Source of the DNA: a bacterium
Lineage (GTDB): Bacteria > Patescibacteriota > Minisyncoccia > Phycocordibacterales > UBA5272
Assembly (NCBI GenBank): GCA_023267635.1
Contig: JAHFMX010000004.1
Coordinates: 2,837 to 66,836, forward strand
Length of the DNA stretch: 64,000 nt
Reading direction: 5' to 3'
The position numbers and the translations under genes were made by a program. Positions within the stretch are counted from its first letter, which is position 1. Each line of letters opens with the position of its first letter. Shown one piece after another: positions 63,832-64,000 of this stretch. The notes beneath the pieces were generated by a model, which saw nothing but the letters and a program-made list of their open reading frames with translations, did no database searches and had not been told where the DNA came from.

Positions 63832-64000
63832 AATTAAATAGATAAATGAGTTTAATCCTTATATAGGAGTATACTCTACATAAAGGGACTTTGCCTGTTG
63901 ATAGGCAAATAAAATGTCAAAAATAGAAATAATAAAAAAGAATATCTTCTTATGTAGCCTCGAGAAAAATAATGTCTTAGAGGCATTTAAAGAGTGGAGA

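Overview
This is a 64-kb chromosomal segment, moderately AT-rich (about 40-45% GC by eye, not computed), using the standard genetic code. TGA is used as a stop (for example at the end of leuS) and an RF2 gene is present.

Organism (inference): the gene style points to a reduced-genome bacterium, most consistent with a Candidate Phyla Radiation / Parcubacteria-like lineage.
- Several housekeeping genes are domain-minimal: IF-2 is 510 aa, Rel is 498 aa and lacks an ACT domain, RF2 is 293 aa with no frameshift site, SMC is 742 aa, and the ATP synthase delta subunit is 115 aa.
- Native genes mostly lack Shine-Dalgarno sequences.
- Many genes are leaderless and sit directly behind extended -10 boxes of the TGGTAtAaT type.
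- There are many DUF-type small membrane proteins.

Core gene content, in order: parB, rel, topA-dprA, a tRNA cluster (Lys, Cys, Leu-TAA, Leu-TAG), an RluA-family synthase, rbfA-infB, a cysteine desulfurase, SOD, clpB, tRNA-Tyr, msrB-HIT-ogt, leuS, mltG, a DnaQ-like exonuclease, mnmA, a ZIP/Zur/YibE metal module, bcp, a DsbA-like protein, a complete F1Fo ATP synthase, uppP, smc, rnr, rpsP-KH-trmD-yggU, tRNA-Thr, prfB, ftsEX, a Pif1-like helicase, tRNA-Gln and a Ser/Thr kinase.

Most unusual observations:
1. leuS encodes a complete NUDIX hydrolase domain inserted at the C-terminal edge of the editing domain.
2. There are three dispersed intergenic sequence families: A (a 3'-UTR element in 4 copies, each between a stop codon and a terminator), B (an ~80-nt nested-hairpin element in 3 copies) and C (a ~42-nt motif in 2 copies).
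3. Every tRNA locus shows a systematic architecture: tRNA 3' end, an inverted fragment, then a direct duplicate of the 3' end 127-180 bp downstream.
4. GC-rich, Shine-Dalgarno-bearing small ORFans are scattered through a genome that otherwise lacks Shine-Dalgarno sequences. One is a ~62% GC secreted protein.
5. A low-GC cluster after tRNA-Gln encodes a Ser/Thr kinase with an unknown Cys-rich C-terminal domain and a putative PD-(D/E)xK nuclease.
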